Shown: one piece after another, positions 9,382 through 16,615 of the stretch | Numbering within the stretch: position 1 is the first letter of the stretch | Layout of the letters: each line of letters begins with the position of its first letter | Origin: a virus | Virus record (IMG/VR): IMGVR_UViG_3300034121_000527 | Span: 1-64,000 of that record | Strand: one strand, 5' to 3' | Length of the DNA stretch: 64,000 bases | The notes under the pieces: generated by a model | The model's database searches: none | What the model was told of the DNA's origin: nothing | What the model saw: only the letters and a program-made list of their open reading frames with translations | Position numbers and translations under genes: made by a program

Positions 9382-9455
9382 TGCCGGATACGGGAGTTGA
9401 ACCCGTCTACGGGTGTTTATAAGACACCTTGCATCAACCGGACGCATCATCCGGC
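9382..9455 (-). tRNA. tRNA-Ile (anticodon UAU)
   Basis: GCCGGAT/ATCCGGC acceptor, GGTGT-CTTATAA-ACACC anticodon arm, ACGGG-TTCAACT-CCCGT T arm; no encoded CCA. Confidence 0.85.
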
Positions 9456-9463
9456 TAGCCGGG

Positions 9464-10060
9464 TTATTTAGCTATAGCATGTATAGCAAATTGCCAATGC
9501 CATTTACCAACAACTGGCCAAGTAATACCAGTATTTTCATCATGCCACCATTTAGCTTCAGTGTCATTAGGTATTTTATTAAAATAATCAGTTATTTCAG
9601 AAAAACCTAAGTTAGTTAGCAAACTATGCACTCGGTCATGGTGACAATTCCAATGATGTGCAGCTCCATCCCAAAATTCATGTTCTCTATCTGGTTGGTA
9701 GTTGTGTTCTTGGTGTTCCAGGGTAGAAAGTACCATGTGCCAGGGTTCTAATCCATCTTTCCATCTATTAATTGTCTTATATACGTCTGGGCCAACAATT
9801 AAAATTGGGGCATTTGGCTTTGCAACTCTTTTTATCTCTAAAAGGAAGCTATTTACAGATTTCCAATCAATATGTTCAATAACATGCCCTAAGTAGACAG
9901 CATCAAAATGGTTATCTGGAAAAGGATATGGTTCTCCAGGAAATACAACGACATCTGGTTTAGTTGTGGCACTAGACCATACATCAACATTTACCCAACC
10001 CTCTGCGTAGTGCGTTCCGCAGCCTGCATTTAGTAATAATTTACTATTGTTTTGTGACAT
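9464..10060 (-). CDS. Class I SAM-dependent methyltransferase
   Basis: LNAGCG motif I, PFPDNHFDAVYLGHVIEH, RVAKPN. Confidence 0.85.
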   Translation of the reverse strand: MSQNNSKLLLNAGCGTHYAEGWVNVDVWSSATTKPDVVVFPGEPYPFPDNHFDAVYLGHVIEHIDWKSVNSFLLEIKRVAKPNAPILIVGPDVYKTINRWKDGLEPWHMVLSTLEHQEHNYQPDREHEFWDGAAHHWNCHHDRVHSLLTNLGFSEITDYFNKIPNDTEAKWWHDENTGITWPVVGKWHWQFAIHAIAK

Positions 10061-10094
10061 TTTGTGCAGCTCCTTGTGTTAGAGGAGAATTCTA

Positions 10095-10421
10095 TCACAT
10101 TGGACCACTCACATCGCAACAACCCGCACTATCACAGCTACATGATCCTATTGCATGCAGGAAATTAGCCTTTTTACTTGGCCAAGTGCCTGAAATACTA
10201 GTTGAAGGGACCATTACGTCACCTTGTTCATCCATAATATTTTGATCAGATGCCGATGCGTCTGCAATCATTGCAGATGTAGCTACTTTTCTTTGATTTT
10301 TTTCTTTTATAGACGGGTTATTAGACGGTTTTTTGTACTTTTTTACTGATGCAGCGTCAGATCTTGAGTATGGATCGTTAGGATTACCCTGATAATTGCC
10401 ATGTTTGTCAATATAACCCAT
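10095..10421 (-). CDS. Hypothetical protein
   Basis: ORF with GAG-type SD; Cys-rich C-terminus. Confidence 0.6.
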   Translation of the reverse strand: MGYIDKHGNYQGNPNDPYSRSDAASVKKYKKPSNNPSIKEKNQRKVATSAMIADASASDQNIMDEQGDVMVPSTSISGTWPSKKANFLHAIGSCSCDSAGCCDVSGPM

Positions 10422-10430
10422 AAATTCTCA

Positions 10431-10982
10431 CTAATCTGTCAATTTTGTGTTAGGTTGAGACAATTTAGGGGCTTTATCAGGGTTGTCAGCATAATACTGA
10501 CGAACTTTGGCCAGTCCTTCATTTTCAATCTCTTTAACACGCTCTCCAGTAAGGTTAAATTGCAGACCAACTTCATCATGTGTTCGTGGTCTGTTCCTAT
10601 CTAAGCCAAGACGCATACGAATAACGTCATGTTCATGCTCATTAAGGCCCGGAAGCATGCTAGAAGTCTCATTAACAGTCATGCTTGACTGTGCTGGGTG
10701 TGTTCCTTCTTGCCTACCTACTACTGCAGCGGGGTCTGTACCATGTGCAAGATACTTAGAAACTGCTGCTTCTGGAAGTTCAGTGTCATCTAAATCTGAT
10801 GATCCGGCTCTTTCATCTAACCGACGTGTGGTTGTTGCATCAATTTCATCTCTACTTCTACGGTAAGTGTCAATAGACGCTTGTGTAAAGCCAGTTCTTG
10901 CTTGTAATCTTGGAGTCCTGCGATAGATCTTTTGCATACGTCCACGACTATCACTATATTCTTGTGGATGAAAACTAGTCAT
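10431..10982 (-). CDS. Stand-alone sigma-70 region 4 domain protein
   Basis: LNEHEHDVIRMRLGL...RTHDEVGLQFNLTGERVKEIENEGLAKVR matches primary sigma region 4; no region 2. Confidence 0.8.
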   Translation of the reverse strand: MTSFHPQEYSDSRGRMQKIYRRTPRLQARTGFTQASIDTYRRSRDEIDATTTRRLDERAGSSDLDDTELPEAAVSKYLAHGTDPAAVVGRQEGTHPAQSSMTVNETSSMLPGLNEHEHDVIRMRLGLDRNRPRTHDEVGLQFNLTGERVKEIENEGLAKVRQYYADNPDKAPKLSQPNTKLTD

Positions 10983-10984
10983 TT

Positions 10985-11416
10985 TTACTTACGTGAACCT
11001 TTAGGCATCTTGCGGGTGTCGTTAATAAACTTACCTGCCACTCCAAGAGCAGCTCCTACTGCTGCTCCCTTCATCATTTGTGGGGTGTCCATAACTGGGA
11101 GGTTTTCTGCGGGATGGCCAACTTCACCAGCGGCTAGGTTTACACCTCCGCCAAGAACAGCTGCTCCTGCAGTAGCGCCTAGTACTGCAGCAGTACCATA
11201 ACCACTATTAGCAAGTTGATTTCCAGCGTTAATAGACGATTGTTTAATGCCATCAGCAGTCATTAGTGGGGGAACTTTTCCAGTTTTGTGACCCATAATG
11301 GCATCTGCTTCAGCAGCAGTCCTACGTTGCTTACCATTTAAATATTTGGTACTTCTAAAATTACCATGTGGGTGTTCTCCACCAGATCCACCTCTGAGTA
11401 TGTCTTTAATTCCCAT
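10985..11416 (-). CDS. Gly/Ala-rich hypothetical protein with glycine-zipper-like segments
   Basis: AAGGAG SD and TATAAT upstream; AAVLGATAGAAVLGG and GAAVGAALGVAG. Confidence 0.7.
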   Translation of the reverse strand: MGIKDILRGGSGGEHPHGNFRSTKYLNGKQRRTAAEADAIMGHKTGKVPPLMTADGIKQSSINAGNQLANSGYGTAAVLGATAGAAVLGGGVNLAAGEVGHPAENLPVMDTPQMMKGAAVGAALGVAGKFINDTRKMPKGSRK

Positions 11417-11481
11417 GGAAACTCCTTAAGTTGTTTAGACCATTATAGACTAAGTTGACTTAACCTTCTCGTACTAATTTA

Positions 11482-12294
11482 TCAGTCTGGGAAGTAACCT
11501 TCAGGATCTATTTTAGCCCAAGTTCCTGTTTTAAGGTCAATATGGTCAACCTTTCCCTCTCCTATTGCAGAAGGTAAATGCATTACTTTCAAAAATTGAG
11601 AACCAAGCGTATGTGGATCTAATCTACGCTGTCTATCCATCTTGCCTAGAGATGGATTGTTAATAGACCTACTAACAAGAGCAGATACGTCTGCACTTGT
11701 CCCTTGTCTATTTCTATTAAATTCCTGAAATCTACTACTTATAGTTTTGATAGCATCTTTATAGTTATCATGATGGGTAGCGTCTAGATCAGAATGAGGG
11801 GTATTTCTATCACGATTTAACATGCTCATCAGATAGCCACTTGGAAGGGCAGAAGTAACATCAGTGACGACATCTTTGTATATGTCTCCTGAAAGATTAA
11901 AATCTTCATCAGGTACTCTAGGAATACCAGCAGCAAACTTATGTAGGTATGGTGCACGATGATCCAGTTCGTGCTGTGCACGTGCTCTTACTTCTGGATC
12001 ATGCTCTGTCGCCTGTGAAACTGACTTACGAGCAGATCTAATATGTCCCTCAGTAAGTTGTAGTCCCTCGTCATGACTATTGAAATCTAAATCTTCGTCT
12101 CCATCATATGAATCTTCATAAGAACTTAGTACTTTACTACTAAATTGAGGGTGTGCAGAAGCTAGGTCAATTCCCATACCACTACCAAAGTGTTGAAGTC
12201 TACGTATGTGGAATTCTGGATCGTCAGCCCTACCTGACATACTTGCAGCTGCACTCGGAATAATTAAACCACTTGCATTACGTAAAAGTTCCAT
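11482..12294 (-). CDS. Hypothetical protein (candidate virion internal protein)
   Basis: 270-aa ORF with AAGGA SD and TATAGT upstream. Confidence 0.7.
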   Translation of the reverse strand: MELLRNASGLIIPSAAASMSGRADDPEFHIRRLQHFGSGMGIDLASAHPQFSSKVLSSYEDSYDGDEDLDFNSHDEGLQLTEGHIRSARKSVSQATEHDPEVRARAQHELDHRAPYLHKFAAGIPRVPDEDFNLSGDIYKDVVTDVTSALPSGYLMSMLNRDRNTPHSDLDATHHDNYKDAIKTISSRFQEFNRNRQGTSADVSALVSRSINNPSLGKMDRQRRLDPHTLGSQFLKVMHLPSAIGEGKVDHIDLKTGTWAKIDPEGYFPD

Positions 12295-12368
12295 AATTTA
12301 ATCCTTTGTTATGTGACGCCCGTCACTATACGAAATCAGCAGTAGATCTATTTTACAGTATTTTAATG

Positions 12369-12857
12369 TTACTTTACAATAGATCCGGTAACCTTAACTG
12401 CGTCTGGGTCCCATACTGCAACAGTGCTGTAAGGCTTACCTTCTTTATTCACCCCAGAATTTTTATAGCCATGAAACCCGCGAGATTTTAGATACTCGTG
12501 TAAGGCAGTTCCGTCACTGAGAAACTCCCCATCACGATTCGCTTTGACGGTTGCGCCATGGTCCTCTGAGGTGGCCAAACGGGCGTCAGGCGACAATTCT
12601 GCGGTAACCACAGCGCCGGGCTCCAGCGGGGCTTTAACACCGGTATACGGGTCATCATGGTGGCCGCCCGTACGGGGAACTACATCAGTGGCGTAGTCTG
12701 AAGCTTCGGCAGGGTCTTCAGTGAAGTACATAGCCTGGCCGTACCGTTTACCATTAATAGACGGTCTAGTGGTATCAAACCCATCAGTCAGTATGCTGTT
12801 AGCACTGGCCAGTGATGTGCCATGGTACAAAGCAAACTGTTTGGGACTAAGAGTCAT
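12369..12857 (-). CDS. ADP-ribosyltransferase-like protein
   Basis: LYHGTS...I...GF...YGQAMYFT.DP..A..YA...VAVWDP pattern of HY-clade ART folds. Confidence 0.65.
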   Translation of the reverse strand: MTLSPKQFALYHGTSLASANSILTDGFDTTRPSINGKRYGQAMYFTEDPAEASDYATDVVPRTGGHHDDPYTGVKAPLEPGAVVTAELSPDARLATSEDHGATVKANRDGEFLSDGTALHEYLKSRGFHGYKNSGVNKEGKPYSTVAVWDPDAVKVTGSIVK

Positions 12858-13165
12858 ACCGGTGGTCTACTTAGCTTAGGGGTCATTCTATACATAGAGG
12901 GATTACCCTTCTCATTTGTATACTTCATAATTCTTCCACGTGGATGATTATTTACTATCTTTGACCTGGTATCCCACGATTGCTCAGTATTGTGAACGTA
13001 TATCCCTGATCCTGATATTCTATCAATTTCTTTTGGTATTATTGCTCGCTGCAATTCTCCATACTTGTTATTTCCATCAGGGTTGTATGTATTCCAGCGA
13101 CGGTGTTGATCCATAGCCATATACCCAAAGTCACCGTAGTCACCAAATTGATCAGGGTTAAGCAT
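12854..13165 (-). CDS. Hypothetical protein
   Basis: Overlaps next gene (ATGA); begins MLNPDQF. Confidence 0.65.
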   Translation of the reverse strand: MLNPDQFGDYGDFGYMAMDQHRRWNTYNPDGNNKYGELQRAIIPKEIDRISGSGIYVHNTEQSWDTRSKIVNNHPRGRIMKYTNEKGNPSMYRMTPKLSRPPV

Positions 13166-13171
13166 TACTAC

Positions 13172-13471
13172 TTATGCTTTTTCGTTAGTTCCACCGATAG
13201 GCATAGCTGGAGCAGCATAGTTGTCATTATGACGATTCTTGAATGCACGACCTATCGTCTTAGCGGAACCTTCTGCTGTAGTTCCCTCCTCATTAGGAGG
13301 GGAGTCACGCAGAGTACGGTAACCATCAAGGTCATTTTGCAACCCTTCTGGAGTTTCATCAGGCATACCACCTGCGCGTTCCCAATACCTATTTGCTTGG
13401 GTAGCCATCAGGTGGGCTAACCTGGTAACTTGACGTCCTGGGTGTCTTGAAGTGTCTTCGCCTCTGGCCAT
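13172..13471 (-). CDS. Hypothetical protein
   Basis: AAGGAG SD, own TATAAT promoter; MARGEDTSRHPGRQV start. Confidence 0.7.
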   Translation of the reverse strand: MARGEDTSRHPGRQVTRLAHLMATQANRYWERAGGMPDETPEGLQNDLDGYRTLRDSPPNEEGTTAEGSAKTIGRAFKNRHNDNYAAPAMPIGGTNEKA

Positions 13472-13491
13472 GGTGTAGCTCCTTAGTTACG

Positions 13492-13507
13492 GAATAGGTC
13501 TATTATA
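13492..13507 (-). promoter_or_regulatory. Promoter, TATAAT-AGACCTATT motif copy 1
   Basis: Identical to 14150-14165; upstream of 13471 start. Confidence 0.6.
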
Positions 13508-13509
13508 TC

Positions 13510-14133
13510 TCAGTTTAGAATATGATCGTCAAACTCACCGGTATACATATTAAAATACCTAGGGTTTTCTATAGGTCCGGCAGATGTGCTTCCTACCTTC
13601 AAGTGGCTTGTTGAACCATCTAAAAAATGAGCTTTACGTCCAAGCACCGCGTCGGTATCAACTCCATGTTCTTTGAGAACATCCATAGTTCTTTCACGGT
13701 TTGCTTCTGCACCTATTACATCCCCTGTATGAGGATCTGCACGTGGTCTATCTCTTAGTACTTTGTCAACATGCTCTTTAGCACCTTCTTCATTTAAACC
13801 TATGTGGTCCCCTTCAGTCCATGCTTTTCCACCACTGTATAACCCCCATGGAGCAGCACTAACTGTAGCTTCGTGACCTTTTTCTTTAGCACTACCGACT
13901 TGACCAATAGAAAGACTAGCTGGTATTTTTCTATTTTTTAAAGGTATATCTGCACGTAAGTTACTACCATAATGTTCATCATAAGGGGTATGCCTATACT
14001 CTGGCTGACCTATTGGAACTACATGACCAGTTGGCAGGTGGGCAAACCCCGGGGTAATATCAACACCTGTATTTTCTTTCATACTTTGGAGTACACCTCG
14101 CATCTGTTCACCAGTTAGATGTTCATGTGACAT
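13510..14133 (-). CDS. Hypothetical protein (first gene of left arm)
   Basis: GGAGG SD before ATG 14133 (MSHEHLTGEQM). Confidence 0.7.
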   Translation of the reverse strand: MSHEHLTGEQMRGVLQSMKENTGVDITPGFAHLPTGHVVPIGQPEYRHTPYDEHYGSNLRADIPLKNRKIPASLSIGQVGSAKEKGHEATVSAAPWGLYSGGKAWTEGDHIGLNEEGAKEHVDKVLRDRPRADPHTGDVIGAEANRERTMDVLKEHGVDTDAVLGRKAHFLDGSTSHLKVGSTSAGPIENPRYFNMYTGEFDDHILN

Positions 14134-14149
14134 AAGATCCTCCAATTAA

Positions 14150-14165
14150 GAATAGGTCTATTATA
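14150..14165 (-). promoter_or_regulatory. Promoter, TATAAT-AGACCTATT motif copy 2
   Basis: Identical to 13492-13507. Confidence 0.6.
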
Positions 14166-14391
14166 ACCTATTTAACGGTTGGGCCGCTTTACGTTATAAC
14201 CGGTTAAGTTGCGGAATAGGGCTATATGGGGGGTGGTGGTTCCTTGGGGGCTGGCCTCTACCGACTACACTTCGCTGGACTCCGCTTAATGGTGGTAGCC
14301 CCGCTCACGCATGGGGCGCCCTCACAAGGGAGTGCTGTGCGTGGGTCAGGTTAGCACGAGTGGTTCGTGCGTTCGTAGCATGGGAGAAAAC

Positions 14392-14967
14392 ATGTCTACT
14401 ATTACCCTGTCCACACTCCTCACGGAAGGTCTACAGTCAGACGGCTCTGCCCTGTCATCTCTTGACAAGGCTAAGTTGGCTTGGCTCAGGATTAGCGAGC
14501 GAGCGAGCGAACTCGCAGGGGCGAAAGCCTCGGCGTTAGACCTCGAACTTGGAAAAGTCGTTTCGACGGCATACGGGGAGAAAGCACTTCCAAAAGGTTG
14601 GGCAAATATCCTCGTCGCTTTCGGGCAATTCTTTCTCAAGACGGCTCCCGTCAAGGAGAACCAGCGGTTCACGGCACTAGATGTGTGGCGCAAAATGGTG
14701 AGCAAGGGCGACCACGAAATTGTGGAAGCACTTATCGCCACTAGCACCACTCAGATGGGCGCATGGACTGCCCTGTGTGCCAAGCCCAAGGTTGAGTCAA
14801 CCGTTACTGACAATGCCAAGGCTGAGGCTGTGGCAAAGGTGTTCCCTCGTTCTGTCAAGAACTTGGAAGTGTTCTTTGCTGTGCCTCGTGCGCAATGGTC
14901 AACTGAGATGTTGATGGTCGAAAAGCAGATGGAAGTGTTCATCGAGCGTTGCTCGAACCACTCCTGA
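14392..14967 (+). CDS. Hypothetical early protein (GC-richer, monocistronic)
   Basis: GGGAG SD before ATG 14392; followed by strong terminator. Confidence 0.75.
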   Translation: MSTITLSTLLTEGLQSDGSALSSLDKAKLAWLRISERASELAGAKASALDLELGKVVSTAYGEKALPKGWANILVAFGQFFLKTAPVKENQRFTALDVWRKMVSKGDHEIVEALIATSTTQMGAWTALCAKPKVESTVTDNAKAEAVAKVFPRSVKNLEVFFAVPRAQWSTEMLMVEKQMEVFIERCSNHS

Positions 14968-14980
14968 GTGCTTGGAAAAG

Positions 14981-15018
14981 AGTGCCTCCACCCTTATGGG
15001 TGGGGGTGCTTTTTTTTT
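14981..15018 (+). terminator. Intrinsic terminator
   Basis: AGTGCCTCCACCC-ttat-GGGTGGGGGTGCT stem plus T9. Confidence 0.85.
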
Positions 15019-15099
15019 GCCCATTTTTCCCCTGAAACTTTTGGGCTCTGTACACATTTTCATAGTGTGTAGAGCATAGGTGAGCGCTGTGTGGCGCTG

Positions 15100-15131
15100 G
15101 ACTAGCCTGCGTCGCAAACGTGATTGCGTCA
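15100..15131. repeat. Dispersed motif GCAAnCGTG-N5-GTC copy A
   Basis: GACTAG-N4-CGTCGCAA-r-CGTGAT shared with 27438-27462. Confidence 0.55.
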
Positions 15132-15149
15132 AGGGTGACGTCCTATGGG

Positions 15150-15222
15150 TGTGACATATGTAACAGTGATGTGACAATTGTCATACCTACCCTAAATACC
15201 TCATAATGTGGCAAATGTCACT
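15150..15222. promoter_or_regulatory. Three CRP-like palindromic operator sites
   Basis: TGTGACATATGTAACA (15150), TGTGACAATTGTCATA (15170), TGTGGCAAATGTCACT (15207). Confidence 0.55.
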
Positions 15223-15247
15223 AAGATTTGGCCTATGAGTGGGCCTA

Positions 15248-15528
15248 TAGCGTGGTTGAGCACCAATATTGCGGTGCAAGCCCTGCTACAAGCACTACTA
15301 CCCCCATTCAGTAGTTGCTATCGCTACATTGCTCCCATGATGTAGTGAGTCCACTGCATAGGTGAGTCAGTGAGTGAGTTGCGCATACCATTGCATGCAC
15401 CACCACTGACAAGATCATCACTGTCTCTACCATTGACTAGAGCAGTGCTTATACCTTCTCCTATATAAAAGGGGAAGGTTAATCGGTTTGGGCGAAAAAA
15501 GTCGTCCATTGAGTGCCTGAGGAGGCAT
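15248..15528 (+). ncRNA. Putative structured RNA / leader of about 8 back-to-back hairpins
   Basis: Consecutive inverted repeats with G-U compatible pairs on + strand; no credible ORF. Confidence 0.45.
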
Positions 15529-15530
15529 AT

Positions 15531-15914
15531 ATGTCAGTAATGGAAAGGGAACACGCCCAATATACGGCGTTGTATCCAACATCAGATATCCATGACGCTT
15601 GGGTGTGGCACACCCTGAGTGGTTCACACTACTCATATCATGGATTCAATGTGTGGCAACACCATGATAATGGTGAACTGGAAGTTGTGTTACGTAATGT
15701 AGCAGAATACTGGTTCCCTGAAATAGCGGGCTTTCGCCCGTTCTTCATGGCTGAGTCACCCACCAAAGGAAGATCATACTTCCGTAGTAACTTGGTGACC
15801 TCTTATTCATCTCCTTTATGGCAGATGAAGCGGTCATCTCGGGGCGATGTGCAAACCTGGTTGGTTCTTGATGACCAAGGTTGGGGCACAAGAGAAATGA
15901 TCAGAGCCCGCTGA
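15531..15914 (+). CDS. Hypothetical protein
   Basis: GAGGAGG SD before ATG 15531. Confidence 0.7.
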   Translation: MSVMEREHAQYTALYPTSDIHDAWVWHTLSGSHYSYHGFNVWQHHDNGELEVVLRNVAEYWFPEIAGFRPFFMAESPTKGRSYFRSNLVTSYSSPLWQMKRSSRGDVQTWLVLDDQGWGTREMIRAR

Positions 15915-15920
15915 TCAAAC

Positions 15921-15997
15921 GCCACCATAGCTCAGTTGGTTAGAGCAAGGCACTCATAATGCCTGGGTCACAGGTTCAAGTCCTGTTGGTGGCACCA
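15921..15997 (+). tRNA. tRNA with CAU anticodon (Met elongator or Ile2)
   Basis: GCCACCA/TGGTGGC acceptor, AGGCA-CTCATAA-TGCCT, GGTTCAAGTCC, encoded CCA. Confidence 0.92.
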
Positions 15998-16028
15998 TAA
16001 TCTTACATAACAAACGAAAGGATAGATT

Positions 16029-16391
16029 ATGACCAAAGAAAAACTGATAGTTAATCTTTGCCTTGATGACATTATCAAGCCTGACCACGCTCTGAGGATA
16101 CTTGCCTCAGAGATTGGACTCAATGATGATGAAACCGAAGCATTCATCATCAAAATTGCCAGTCATTTCAAGGATAGAACTGGTAAGTCCAGATGGACAG
16201 ACAGCGAAGACGATCTCGTTGTCTCCATGTATGGGGAAGGTTATCCCCCCAAAGATATAGCTAGTAGATTGGGGCGAACTGTTGCCTCGGTAAATCAGCG
16301 CATTTTTATTTTGCGCAAGTGTGGGTACAACCTACCTAGTAAACGGCCTGATGCAATGGGTAACTCCTACGCTAAGAGGTGGGTGTCATGA
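16029..16391 (+). CDS. Myb/SANT-like helix-turn-helix protein
   Basis: RWTDSEDDLV...IASRLGRTVASVNQR. Confidence 0.7.
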   Translation: MTKEKLIVNLCLDDIIKPDHALRILASEIGLNDDETEAFIIKIASHFKDRTGKSRWTDSEDDLVVSMYGEGYPPKDIASRLGRTVASVNQRIFILRKCGYNLPSKRPDAMGNSYAKRWVS

Positions 16392-16615
16392 ACCCTTTAG
16401 ATAACTTGGGCGACAAGCTCTACCGACGACTCACTAACATTGAGTCAATTGAGGTAGAGGAATATATCATCAAGACGTACGGCCAAAAGGTTGGCATGCG
16501 AATTATTCGCTTAGCCGACAACATTGGTTGGAGTGATGGTGAAGAAACAATTACAGCCGTTGCCGCTTTCAACCGTGCGGTGCAGTATTACCGCAGACAA
16601 CGGCTTGCTATCTAG
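16388..16615 (+). CDS. Hypothetical protein
   Basis: ATGA overlap with previous gene. Confidence 0.6.
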   Translation: MNPLDNLGDKLYRRLTNIESIEVEEYIIKTYGQKVGMRIIRLADNIGWSDGEETITAVAAFNRAVQYYRRQRLAI

